From a virus (taxonomy: Duplodnaviria; Caudoviricetes): a stretch of 41,485 nucleotides of DNA. The DNA lies in IMG/VR virus record IMGVR_UViG_3300005611_000065, positions 1 to 41,485 of that record; one strand, given 5' to 3'. Shown piece by piece: positions 26,058 through 35,335 of the stretch. The number at the start of each line of letters is the position of its first letter. Position 1 is the stretch's first letter. A program made the translations under genes and the position numbers. The notes beneath the pieces were generated by a model. It was not told the DNA's origin. It saw nothing but the letters and a program-made list of their open reading frames with translations, and made no database searches.

Positions 26058-27037
26058 TTCTTTTTCAATTCCTCAAGTGTGAGAAGCACCCATTTGTCGT
26101 TTATGAACTTGTCCAAATCTGCACCGTCCCGGAACAGGTCAGCGCGTTTTTTTCCAAGCACATCATTTTGAAAACTTTCAGGCTGCCGCTTGAGCCAAGT
26201 GTTATACGTATCCTTTCCGCTGACAGGCCCGTCAATTGAGGCCCGATCATAATCATCTTTCTCTGGCAACAGTCCCTTTTTAACAACTGGAACACGAGCG
26301 CACCTGCAATTCCACCCATATGGTGGTTGCGGCCCTTCACCTATTGGAAAAATCTTCCCATCAAGTGCCGCGTGTTCTGGCCTCGTTCGACCGTCTAGAG
26401 TTGCAACCCACTCCTCTCCTTCAAGAATATCTGAATTTTCCCGGTAAACTTCCTGCCTTGCAATATTGGCAATGTGAGCGACTGCTGTTCTCACGACGGC
26501 TTCCGCTTGACTCTGGCTTCGTGTCGTGACAAGGGCACCAACATCTTTTGCAATGTCTTGTGTGCTCGTCCCAGAAACAACGCCATACCTAACCATATGC
26601 GTCACATCTCCTGCCGTTGCCGCGTCAAACTCGTCAATCATTGACTCAATTGTATGGACCCTGATAACTTTCCCGGACACCAGTGTCATTTCTGCGTTTG
26701 TGACCGTTGTGATAACCTGCTCGATAGAAGGCGCTGAAAATGTAGCAAGTGCAACACCGTCAAGCATTTCAATAGTCTTCGCCGCTTCAATGGGGGCGAG
26801 AGCGTCGATGGTGTCTGCTATGTCGGCACGCAGCTTATCAACGGCTTTACTGACAGTTTTCGTTATCTCTGCTTCGAGCGCTGACAGTTGCGATATCTGA
26901 ATATCATTTGCTACGCCTTGCTTTACCAGTGCAGTAAGCTCTTTCGCAAGTTCAAGCACGTTCTCCGCACTTTTCCTTGCTTCGCCGTTGGCGAATTGTG
27001 TCAAATATATCTGCCTTCTTATGATTGGGTCAATCAT
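26054..27037 (-). CDS. Head morphogenesis protein (Mu gpF/SPP1 gp7-like)
   Basis: WVATLDGRTRPEHAALDG, PP.GWNCRC. Confidence 0.92.
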   Translation of the reverse strand: MIDPIIRRQIYLTQFANGEARKSAENVLELAKELTALVKQGVANDIQISQLSALEAEITKTVSKAVDKLRADIADTIDALAPIEAAKTIEMLDGVALATFSAPSIEQVITTVTNAEMTLVSGKVIRVHTIESMIDEFDAATAGDVTHMVRYGVVSGTSTQDIAKDVGALVTTRSQSQAEAVVRTAVAHIANIARQEVYRENSDILEGEEWVATLDGRTRPEHAALDGKIFPIGEGPQPPYGWNCRCARVPVVKKGLLPEKDDYDRASIDGPVSGKDTYNTWLKRQPESFQNDVLGKKRADLFRDGADLDKFINDKWVLLTLEELKKK

Positions 27038-27585
27038 TCACTCGGCACTTTAAGTGCAAGCCCTTGGGCCTTGACCATTGCAGTTACTCCTAGCTCAGTT
27101 TCAAACAGTCGTCTGTTCTCATCGGTCAATGGAACAGCGCCACCAGCAACGCCACCAGGAACATATTCATGATCGTATGGAAAATGAACAAGCTGAACCA
27201 AAGTCATACCTTCATTGACAGAAGGCTCATTGAACCGGAAGTATTCATTATACCTGCGCCTCTGCTCAACACCTTCTGCGTCAATGTACTTGCTATCCGG
27301 CAGGTCAACGTCAACCAGGTTATCCATGGTCGATGTTGGCAACTCAATGAAGAACATTCCTTTTTCGATTCTGACGTTCTTAGCGGTACACAGCGCATAG
27401 GCATCGGGACTGAAGAAACTCTCGCCATTTGCGTTGAACAGATAAGCAATATCACCACTACTATCAGGTGGCAAGCCATCACCATTAGACAGCTTAAACT
27501 GCATTGCCAATGCTTGAATTGCAGGATCGGCAAGTTGCTGAATATTTACTATTACTTTCATTGCTACTCTACTCATTATAGGCAC
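27034..27585 (-). CDS. Hypothetical protein in the head-module insert
   Basis: Overlap-coupled to both neighbours. Confidence 0.65.
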   Translation of the reverse strand: MPIMSRVAMKVIVNIQQLADPAIQALAMQFKLSNGDGLPPDSSGDIAYLFNANGESFFSPDAYALCTAKNVRIEKGMFFIELPTSTMDNLVDVDLPDSKYIDAEGVEQRRRYNEYFRFNEPSVNEGMTLVQLVHFPYDHEYVPGGVAGGAVPLTDENRRLFETELGVTAMVKAQGLALKVPSE

Positions 27586-28148
27586 CCATATGTTTTGATT
27601 TCAAGATCTTCGGCAATCGTTCTCTCTGTTTTGTAGTTAATCAACTGCTTCGGCTTGCCTGTGCAGTTTGTGAAATAGTATTGGTTGTTGTTGTTTATTA
27701 TCAAGCTGTCTTCAATATCTGCCTGAGTAAACGGAAAAGCATGGCCCAAACCATCAGTATAAACCGTTGATCCCTGATCCGCTTCCATTGCCATAACTTC
27801 AGGCGAAACCATTGGCTCACCTGACCAGAAGCCCTCAACATCGGATGAGGATAGAGTGCCGACCACGTTACCGTTTGAGTCGTGGATTGTTGTTCCTTCG
27901 CCTTCGTCAAGCCGAACAAGTGTACCATCACTAAACAGAATATTACGAAGAGTATCAGCGGTTGCCGTTAGTGTCGGATGCGTATAAGATGGTGTAGCTT
28001 CGCCTCCACTGCTTACGATTGTTCCGTGGTCAGCGGTGAAGGTTATTGAATCACTAACCCCATCAAAGGTTCCGACTGGTTTTGCTTCAAAAGTAAAAGT
28101 TGTCTCTGCGTTGTTCCAGGTGTTTGGCGGGTGAAAAATCAAAGCCAT
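27576..28148 (-). CDS. Hypothetical protein sharing a domain with the upstream repeat protein
   Basis: DGVS.S....HGTIVS..G.ATPSY....L...A.T..N..FSDGT.....EG.G occurs in both proteins. Confidence 0.7.
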   Translation of the reverse strand: MALIFHPPNTWNNAETTFTFEAKPVGTFDGVSDSITFTADHGTIVSSGGEATPSYTHPTLTATADTLRNILFSDGTLVRLDEGEGTTIHDSNGNVVGTLSSSDVEGFWSGEPMVSPEVMAMEADQGSTVYTDGLGHAFPFTQADIEDSLIINNNNQYYFTNCTGKPKQLINYKTERTIAEDLEIKTYGCL

Positions 28149-30118
28149 TATTCAGCACCTCCATCAGTGATTATCCAGTTGTTTGGCGCTCCTGTTAGCA
28201 CTGCTCTTGATGCTGCATCCGTGTACTTAGAATTTCCAAAATGAACAGGAACAGAAGGTTGTACTGTTTGCGCCGACCAACTGGCAAGAATTGCATTATA
28301 GCCCGCTGTTGACGTTGTTGAACCTGACAGCATGTTTACTGCTGTTGTGAGAGCATTGACATTAAATGACGATATGCCTATGTCACCAAGCGTTGTCGTT
28401 GAAGACCAACCGTACATCATAGTGTTCATATTTGTAACCTTAGAAGTATCAAAGTTACTAAGGTCAGGTGGCGTTATCATAGAACTCCAACCATACATCA
28501 TACCATCCATATTTGTAACATTAGAAGTATCAAAACTACTAATGTCAGGTGGACTTGTCATTGAAGACCAGCTAGCCATCATAGCACCCATATTTGTAAC
28601 CTTAGAAGTATCAAAGTTACTAAGGTCAGGTGGCGTTGTCATTGAACTCCAGCTACGCATCATAGCTGACATGTTTGTAGCATTAGAAGTATCAAAGTTA
28701 CTAAGGTCAGGTGGATTGGTCATTGAACTCCAACCAGACATCATATAATTCATATTTGTAACCTTAGAAGTATCAAGAGTACTGAGGTCAGGTGGATTGG
28801 TCATCGAAGACCAGCCATACATCATAGTGTTCATATTTGTAACCTTAGAAGTATCAAAGCCACTAAGGTCAGGTGGATTGGTCATAGAAGACCAGTCACG
28901 CATCATAGATGCCATATTTGTAACCTTAGAAGTATCAAAGTTACTAAGGTCAGGTGGATTGGTCATTGAACTCCAGCTACGCATCATAGCATCCATAGTT
29001 GTAACCTTAGAAGTATCAAAGCCACTAAGGTCAGGTGGCGTTGTCATAGAACTCCAACCAGCCATCATAGTGTTCATATTTGTAACATTAGAAGTATCAA
29101 AGTTACTAAGGTCAGGTGGCGTTATCATAGAAGACCAGTCACGCATCATAGTGTTCATATTTGTAACCTTAGAAGTATCAAAGCCACTAAGGTCAGGTGG
29201 CGTTGTCATAGAAGACCAACCGTACATCATATAGGCCGTATTAGTAACATTAGAAGTATCAGTTACCCCAGCAACAAAAGACTCCATGTTACTACATCCG
29301 TAAAATGCGCTAGCTAACTCAAGCCAGCCTACAATACCAAGGTTCTCAACCCTAATAATTTTAAGCTTATCACCAGCATTATTCTGATACCACTTCGTAC
29401 ATTTGCCTGAAATCGATATTCTGTAATCATCAGCAACGGCATATACATGACTTGGACTTGCTGTCGTGACACGCTCAAGGGCACTACCATCGCCCCAATC
29501 AATCCAGAAATCATTAACACCGGTCGCTGGTAGTGTTATTGTTTCAGATGCAGTTGTAGTCCTCCATACTGAAACGAACGGTGCAATATTGCCTGACGGA
29601 TATTTAACTTCTGAGCCTTCAAACTCATACCAGCCAAGAGTTGAGTTAGCAAAATAGGTGTCCTGCCGCTCACTCCACATCCCCACCAGATCACCAGACC
29701 ATGCGATCTGGTGGAGTCCGTCGTCTGAGTAGGAGTAGCCTCCGACACCTTCTGATATTCTGAAGTGAGTACCATCTGAGAATGTTACGTTGTAAAATGT
29801 CCCGGCAGTAAAAGATAGCGTAGAACCGTTGTATGATGGTGTGGCTGTTCCTTCATAAGAAACAATAGTGCCGTGGTTCGTTGCAGTTGCCCCTGATTCC
29901 GAAACCCCATCCAAAGAAATACAATGTCCCTGAGACATAACAAGGTTTTCGGCGTAAGGCTTTGCCCATGAATCAGTTTTTAGCGTGTCTGTGCCGTTGC
30001 CTTTGAACCAGGTTAGGATGTCTTCTGAGTATGGTGGAGTTAATTCTCCACCGAAAATTGGCAAGCCAAACGCTTTCCCGCTAGAAAGAGCCGTGAGCCT
30101 TGAAAATGAAGTGTTCAT
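28148..30118 (-). CDS. BspA/DUF285-like repeat protein with PKD-like domain
   Basis: F.SVW.TT, IDWGDGS, H.YA...Y.I.I.G; 27-aa DTS.VTNM..MM..WSS repeats; C-terminal YN.IL..W...FGNSKY...W.ITDGG cap. Confidence 0.85.
   Translation of the reverse strand: MNTSFSRLTALSSGKAFGLPIFGGELTPPYSEDILTWFKGNGTDTLKTDSWAKPYAENLVMSQGHCISLDGVSESGATATNHGTIVSYEGTATPSYNGSTLSFTAGTFYNVTFSDGTHFRISEGVGGYSYSDDGLHQIAWSGDLVGMWSERQDTYFANSTLGWYEFEGSEVKYPSGNIAPFVSVWRTTTASETITLPATGVNDFWIDWGDGSALERVTTASPSHVYAVADDYRISISGKCTKWYQNNAGDKLKIIRVENLGIVGWLELASAFYGCSNMESFVAGVTDTSNVTNTAYMMYGWSSMTTPPDLSGFDTSKVTNMNTMMRDWSSMITPPDLSNFDTSNVTNMNTMMAGWSSMTTPPDLSGFDTSKVTTMDAMMRSWSSMTNPPDLSNFDTSKVTNMASMMRDWSSMTNPPDLSGFDTSKVTNMNTMMYGWSSMTNPPDLSTLDTSKVTNMNYMMSGWSSMTNPPDLSNFDTSNATNMSAMMRSWSSMTTPPDLSNFDTSKVTNMGAMMASWSSMTSPPDISSFDTSNVTNMDGMMYGWSSMITPPDLSNFDTSKVTNMNTMMYGWSSTTTLGDIGISSFNVNALTTAVNMLSGSTTSTAGYNAILASWSAQTVQPSVPVHFGNSKYTDAASRAVLTGAPNNWIITDGGAE
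28370..29260 (-). repeat. 81-bp coding tandem repeat, 10 full units plus 1 degenerate
   Basis: TAGAAGTATC recurs every 81 bp, with ends from 28450 to 29260. Confidence 0.95.
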
Positions 30119-30119
30119 A

Positions 30120-30422
30120 TCACGCCTTTGATATTACAATGTTTAATCCTACGTCATTTGTGGTAATTGGCTTGTCAATCTGTATTTTTGCCGGGGCATA
30201 AAAAGCAATGTGCGGTTTTGTCTGGCTTAATACGAGCAAATTTCCATCTGAATCGTACGCGTCAGTTAGGCCAGTTCCGGCAAAATCAGAATACGAGATA
30301 GTAATCTCTTCAGACCCCAGATCACCGTCAACTTGTAACGAAACAGGCCGGAGCATATTTGCTTCAATTGTATATGCAGCTTTACTCTGTGCCAGTTTAT
30401 CTTTTGTAAAAATAGTTTCCAT
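30120..30422 (-). CDS. Hypothetical beta-rich protein
   Basis: GAGG RBS; first gene of the insert after the portal. Confidence 0.65.
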   Translation of the reverse strand: METIFTKDKLAQSKAAYTIEANMLRPVSLQVDGDLGSEEITISYSDFAGTGLTDAYDSDGNLLVLSQTKPHIAFYAPAKIQIDKPITTNDVGLNIVISKA

Positions 30423-30442
30423 TACGTTCCTCTTTTATGTTT

Positions 30443-31822
30443 TTATATACCAATATCTCTGTTTATGCTGTCATTGTCGAGATCTTCGTCTGTCCGTTCT
30501 TTTTTAATCCACCCGGACGAGCGCAACTTACTGCGGGTATCTTTCTTTGCTATCGTGCCTCTGTCCTCAAGAGTAATCATTGCCATAACGTCTTGCGCGG
30601 TCATTGTGTCGTCGAAGAATGATGTGTTGAGCGAAAACTTAACCTCTTCAGGATTTCCACCCATAAACTCACAGGCAAACTGTAGCGCTTTCTGAATTGC
30701 GTTTGAGCTGTTGCCTACGACGTTATTCAGTATCGAAGTTTCCGAGCTTGAATCTATTCTCGCGGCTTCTGCTGTTTGATTGCCGCCCTTTTGTGAAATC
30801 AGCCTGGCACCGAGCGCTCGCATAACGTCTTCTTTGTGTTCCATTGCTACGGCTGCCGCTGTATTTGCGTCAAGCTGTAGAAGGGTTGCGCTTCCGTTTG
30901 AGCCGAGAAAGTGTCCTGTCCTGGCCCCCACAAGTATTCCATTTGGGTTTGCCTCTCTCCACTGCTCAACTGATAACTCGGAACTGACGAACAGCGTTCC
31001 TTGACCATGTATGTGTAGCGATTCCTCATAGTCTGCACTGTTGCGATAATGCGAGATGTTAACTCTGGCAAGGTCATACATAGGCGGATTGTCAATCTCC
31101 GGCCTGTTGTCTTTTGATCCGGAAAAAACGAAAGGTATCTCGTCCCAGAATTGCCCGTCTTTTTTACGTGGGTATATTGGTTCTGTTACAGGGCCGGAGT
31201 CGTCATACATTTGTTGAAAGTATTTTCCTTCCTCATCAAGTTCTAAGACCCTATACCGATACTCTTCGAGAGAGTTAAACTTTGATGTTTTAACAATCTC
31301 TATCTCTCGCAAAACTATCATGGTCAAAACGAGTTTTCCACCGACTGCCGTTGATTCTACTCGAAGGATGTCTTCTGCAAGATAGTTTGCTACTGTTGCA
31401 CGTAAGTCAAGTAGCCGCGTTTGTTCCTCTGATAGCCCTTCTTCGGCCACCGGGTGGTCAATAAGCATCCCGTTTCTACCCATTGCTAGCGTTTCGCCTG
31501 CTACGAGTTTTCCGAGCTGTTTTAACGACTGGCCAGATCCGTCGTAGTCGTCTCGCATGTATTCAATTTCAGTCGGCAATTCTATCTCGGGATCGCGCCT
31601 GAAAATAGCACCTACAAGCCCTTCTTGCGTTCGCCCTGTCACATTCACAAAACTTGCCCGCTGAACATATTGCGCATAGCGGTCAGCGTCGTGTGGAATA
31701 AAGTGCGGGAGGTATCTAGTCGTCGCCGCCTTGACTGCCTGCTCACCGTCAAGACAATCACGAATATCTATCCATTTTTCTGCAGCGTCGTCATAAGCCT
31801 GGGTGGTTGTTGATACTGACAT
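30443..31822 (-). CDS. Portal protein (DUF4055-like)
   Basis: VK.A.TRYLP, RY.QY..RA.F.N.TGRT, LAR.NI.HYRNSADYEE. Confidence 0.92.
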   Translation of the reverse strand: MSVSTTTQAYDDAAEKWIDIRDCLDGEQAVKAATTRYLPHFIPHDADRYAQYVQRASFVNVTGRTQEGLVGAIFRRDPEIELPTEIEYMRDDYDGSGQSLKQLGKLVAGETLAMGRNGMLIDHPVAEEGLSEEQTRLLDLRATVANYLAEDILRVESTAVGGKLVLTMIVLREIEIVKTSKFNSLEEYRYRVLELDEEGKYFQQMYDDSGPVTEPIYPRKKDGQFWDEIPFVFSGSKDNRPEIDNPPMYDLARVNISHYRNSADYEESLHIHGQGTLFVSSELSVEQWREANPNGILVGARTGHFLGSNGSATLLQLDANTAAAVAMEHKEDVMRALGARLISQKGGNQTAEAARIDSSSETSILNNVVGNSSNAIQKALQFACEFMGGNPEEVKFSLNTSFFDDTMTAQDVMAMITLEDRGTIAKKDTRSKLRSSGWIKKERTDEDLDNDSINRDIGI

Positions 31823-31828
31823 ATTTTA

Positions 31829-33139
31829 TCACATTGTAAAGTTTATCTTGCAAGATGTTATTGGTTTGATAATCGGATAATCACGGTTTATGAAATAACC
31901 ACCAGCGTCAACATAATGGTCGTGGTCTGTTTTTTTATCAGGCTCACCATTCTTTCCCCATGGTTGATGCTCAATCGCGTCTGCGTATGTTGGGCAACGA
32001 TCAGTATTTACTTTGTATTTCCTCTCGCCTTTAGAGTTGCAAAACATCCCGTTCATTGAGTTTATTCGGTCTTTCACTGGTGGGTTTGCTTTTGGCGCAG
32101 AAACTATAAAACCAGCCTCGCGAAGCAGGGCAATATCTGTTTTTGAGGCATTTACTGATTTTCTTGAATCTCCGCTTGCATCTGGGTAAATCCTAATTTG
32201 CCTTGTTTTCACAAAGTCGCCGTTTTCATAGCGCCAATACCGCTCTTTTATCTTTTTTATCATGTCAGGAGTATCGTACCCGTTTACTATTTCATCAACA
32301 GCGCGCGGCTCTCCTTCACGTTTAACGTGAGCAATAGCTGCCATTTTCCCGACGTTGAAGTCCATTCCAATAAATAACGGCTCGCCGTCCTGTTCAACAT
32401 CATGACAACTATTTAATAGCCTGTCAAACGAAGAATATACAGTGCCAGTTAAAAGATTAATGAATTGGCCGTTTATATATGCTGCAATAAGATTTTCAGG
32501 GTAAGATTCAAGGAGTGTAGAAATGTAATCGTCTGGCAGGTTTGCCGCATTATCATAAGTACTTGCTTGCACAAGTCCATAATTCTCTGCGCGAGTTTTG
32601 TCTTTCATCGGCTTACTGTAAAACTCGTCGTAAACAAATCGAAAGCCCTCTGGGGTTGTTGTTACATCCACACCATTTCTAAGACCGTCGATCTTATAAC
32701 GCATCCTTGCAAGTATCTTGCGCCATGCATTCAGCGCCTTTTCTTTCTTTAAAACGTCTATTTCATCGGTCAGCGCGTGACCAATTTTAAACCCGATTAT
32801 GGAACCTGGATCTTCCATCGACCTGCAAAGGATTTTCCCCATCCTTTTCTTCCCGTGGAACACTTCGACCTCATGATCGCCAAGCTTTACCCTTGCTCTC
32901 AGTCCCATGAGGTAGAGCGCCTCTTCTATGGTGGGGTAAAAAATGTCGCGTATTTGTGTATATGTTGGAGCAAAATAACCAGCATTAACACCAGGGAACT
33001 CGTAAAAGTGTTTGCCAAGCCCAAAACATCCTACCATTGTTTTTCCGGTTCCGTACCCAGCAACGAATGCCTTGAACTTGTTCCTCATGTTCAAGAAGTT
33101 AAGTTGCGGTACGCTCAAGTCAACCGATACGCTGCTCAC
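31829..33139 (-). CDS. terL: Terminase large subunit
   Basis: AGYGTGKT Walker A, TDEID, TTTPEG, IGMDFNV, DH.VDA.GY. Confidence 0.95.
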   Translation of the reverse strand: MSSVSVDLSVPQLNFLNMRNKFKAFVAGYGTGKTMVGCFGLGKHFYEFPGVNAGYFAPTYTQIRDIFYPTIEEALYLMGLRARVKLGDHEVEVFHGKKRMGKILCRSMEDPGSIIGFKIGHALTDEIDVLKKEKALNAWRKILARMRYKIDGLRNGVDVTTTPEGFRFVYDEFYSKPMKDKTRAENYGLVQASTYDNAANLPDDYISTLLESYPENLIAAYINGQFINLLTGTVYSSFDRLLNSCHDVEQDGEPLFIGMDFNVGKMAAIAHVKREGEPRAVDEIVNGYDTPDMIKKIKERYWRYENGDFVKTRQIRIYPDASGDSRKSVNASKTDIALLREAGFIVSAPKANPPVKDRINSMNGMFCNSKGERKYKVNTDRCPTYADAIEHQPWGKNGEPDKKTDHDHYVDAGGYFINRDYPIIKPITSCKINFTM

Positions 33140-33645
33140 TTTTTGCTGAAATCCACTTGATTAAAGATAACCTTTGTCGGCATTGGTTGCTCGTCGTCTG
33201 CTGTTTCTTCGAGTCTGTATGTCTTGCGCTCCCCTGCTATAATCACGGCAACGGTATCAGCATTTAATTTTGCAGCCCTCTGCAATGCAGGGTTTGGTGC
33301 ATATGTTTTTCCATCAGGTGTTTTTCCAAGAGCTTGTTGCTGTAGTGCTGTTGCTTGCTCCCACAGCTTCTCATGGCGCTTGCTTACAACCACGCGCCGC
33401 TCGGCTTCCGCGTCTATTGCTGCGGCTTTTTGGGATGGGGTGCAGCCTGCCACCATTCCCGCCTCTTTTTCTGCCACCTTGCGCCTTACTGCTGCCTCAA
33501 GGTCTTGTGTCCAACCCTCTTTTATTATGTGTTTTTGGACAGATGAGCGGCTAACTCCAAACCTGTCTGCGGTTGCAATTTGGTTTGCTCCTGCTTCGTA
33601 ATAGGCCCTTGCCTCCATCCACTTATCTGCTGACATTCTTGGCAT
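33136..33645 (-). CDS. terS: Terminase small subunit
   Basis: N-terminal HTH (W...R..YEAG...A.RFGVS...QK....EGW); immediately upstream of and overlapping terL. Confidence 0.85.
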   Translation of the reverse strand: MPRMSADKWMEARAYYEAGANQIATADRFGVSRSSVQKHIIKEGWTQDLEAAVRRKVAEKEAGMVAGCTPSQKAAAIDAEAERRVVVSKRHEKLWEQATALQQQALGKTPDGKTYAPNPALQRAAKLNADTVAVIIAGERKTYRLEETADDEQPMPTKVIFNQVDFSKK

Positions 33646-34100
33646 TATATTTTAGCCCTGCTAGATATGAAAACAATATCTTCTTGCGTCAACTCGTACC
33701 ACTCGCCTCTGACGTTTTTTTTTATAAACTTTTTGTGTAGAAATGACTCTTCTGCCGCCATGTTTCTTGAGTAATAAACACAAGCAACTTCAATATTAAA
33801 TGGTGATGACACTTGGTGGTTCTTTAGCCTGTCAATAAAAGTTCTGGCTATCCCTATTTTGTAAAACTTTTTCCCTGCGCTATCTTCAATGAAAATTAAA
33901 TAAAGGAACCCTTCTCTATTTTTGTTTGACTCGCTTTTATAGATCGAAGACTGTCCGTCGTATGCCCAGCCTTCGCTTTCTATGTGTTTTTGGACTGCCG
34001 TTTTACTCACGCCGAACTTGTCAGCCGTTGCCTGTTGGCTGGCACCAGCCTCATAATAAAGCCTGGCCTCCATCCATTTTTCTGCTGATAGTCTTGGCAT
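33645..34100 (-). CDS. TerS-HTH fused to a GIY-YIG-like (T5orf172/MUG113) nuclease
   Basis: 34 of the first 45 aa are identical to TerS; then GFLYLI...YKIG.A....RL...Q.SSP...E..LH..F....VRGEWY.L. Confidence 0.82.
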   Translation of the reverse strand: MPRLSAEKWMEARLYYEAGASQQATADKFGVSKTAVQKHIESEGWAYDGQSSIYKSESNKNREGFLYLIFIEDSAGKKFYKIGIARTFIDRLKNHQVSSPFNIEVACVYYSRNMAAEESFLHKKFIKKNVRGEWYELTQEDIVFISSRAKI

Positions 34101-34196
34101 TATAGTCTTGTCTTGATTTTGTTTATTATTTCCATTCTCAAAACATATCACAAAAAGCACATCATTTCAAATCAATGTGCTTTTTGTTGTTGTTGG

Positions 34197-34421
34197 TTAT
34201 TTCATATACCAACGAGAATTTTCATTCCAGTTTGTTGTCGTTGGCTTATTCTTGTCACAATAAATCCAGTTTGGTTCGATATCTGCCCAGCTCCAAGGCT
34301 CTTTGCCGTCAACGTGTAACCTGAACTTTGGTTTTTCTTTTGGCATCTCAGGATGATCAATTTCAAGTAATAACTTTTCAACTGCCTCTGATATTTTTCT
34401 CTTTTCCTCAATGCTAAACAT
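34197..34421 (-). CDS. Hypothetical protein
   Basis: EKR.I..AVE.LL...HPEMP.EKP.F.LHVDGKE.WSWADI.PNW reads as real protein. Confidence 0.65.
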   Translation of the reverse strand: MFSIEEKRKISEAVEKLLLEIDHPEMPKEKPKFRLHVDGKEPWSWADIEPNWIYCDKNKPTTTNWNENSRWYMK

Positions 34422-34459
34422 AATAAGCCCCTCACATAAAAAATAGTTTCAAGTATGAG

Positions 34460-34657
34460 TTATATTTTACCAAGCTTACACAATGTATACTTCTTCAACA
34501 GTTTTAGTAAATCCTCACCATTAGTGTTTGGAAAGTATTCAGTTTTTACGGTCACTACTTCACCAACTGCAATGCGCAGTTCAAAGCAGCAAACCTCATC
34601 CGGCAATTCAAAAATATCTTTAATTTCTTGGAATAATTTGTCACCAACAATTGCCAT
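34460..34657 (-). CDS. Hypothetical protein
   Basis: AGGAGG RBS. Confidence 0.6.
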   Translation of the reverse strand: MAIVGDKLFQEIKDIFELPDEVCCFELRIAVGEVVTVKTEYFPNTNGEDLLKLLKKYTLCKLGKI

Positions 34658-34683
34658 TTTGTTTACCTCCTTTCTTTTTGGTT

Positions 34684-34905
34684 TTACTCTTCATACCCAA
34701 CCATAGCGCAAAATCTTTTAAATTCATGGTTTGATTCTTCTCTCACAAAGCAAGCTTGAATTTCAGCTTGATATGTAGTCCCACAAACCGAAACAAGCTC
34801 TTTTGCAAACGTGTTGAAAAAGAGGCTTTGTTTTTCATTGTCCATATGTGCCAGTTTAGCTGCCATTGACGGTAGTAATCCGGCCATGTCTATTGATATT
34901 TTCAT
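34684..34905 (-). CDS. Hypothetical protein
   Basis: GGAG RBS; ATGA coupling. Confidence 0.6.
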   Translation of the reverse strand: MKISIDMAGLLPSMAAKLAHMDNEKQSLFFNTFAKELVSVCGTTYQAEIQACFVREESNHEFKRFCAMVGYEE

Positions 34906-35078
34906 AGTTTTCTCCCTCCAATCCCATACTTCTCAACCATAGCCGCTTCAATTAATACAGGCCTGCTTTCCGGCCTAGAATCCATAAACTCAAGCAGCCA
35001 TGGTGGTAGTTTGATGTAGATTCCTTTTTTTTGTGTTCCGGGTGGTTTTCTTTTCGGTCCTCTCCTTTTTGGTTCCAT
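34902..35078 (-). CDS. Small RHH-like DNA-binding protein (58 aa)
   Basis: MEPKRRGPKRKPPGTQKKGIYIKLPPWLLEFMDSRPESRPVLIEAAM... Confidence 0.55.
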   Translation of the reverse strand: MEPKRRGPKRKPPGTQKKGIYIKLPPWLLEFMDSRPESRPVLIEAAMVEKYGIGGRKL

Positions 35079-35095
35079 GTTATCTCTCCATTTTT

Positions 35096-35335
35096 TTAAT
35101 ACATACTTTTGTTTTTTTGAATCATTTCTGCTATTATTTTTCCAGCTTCAATTTCAATTTTTATAGCAGGATGTGGTATTACTGATCCCTTCATATCCCT
35201 AACCACAATACCCTCCTCGTCTATCCTACGTTTCGCCTCTGCTGCCCTTTCCATTTGTGTGGCAATTATACTGATTACGGCTTCTGTAGTTGATTTATCA
35301 ACCTGCTTCCGCGCATTTTCCATCTCTGAGTTCAT
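35096..35335 (-). CDS. P27-family small-terminase-like protein
   Basis: A..RIDEEGIVV.D.KG....HPAI.IE..A.K pattern. Confidence 0.55.
   Translation of the reverse strand: MNSEMENARKQVDKSTTEAVISIIATQMERAAEAKRRIDEEGIVVRDMKGSVIPHPAIKIEIEAGKIIAEMIQKNKSMY

Noticed and set aside
28370-29260. 81-bp repeats as a CRISPR or guide-RNA array, or a DGR
   Set aside because: The repeats are in-frame coding units without unique spacers. No reverse transcriptase or template/variable repeat pair was seen.
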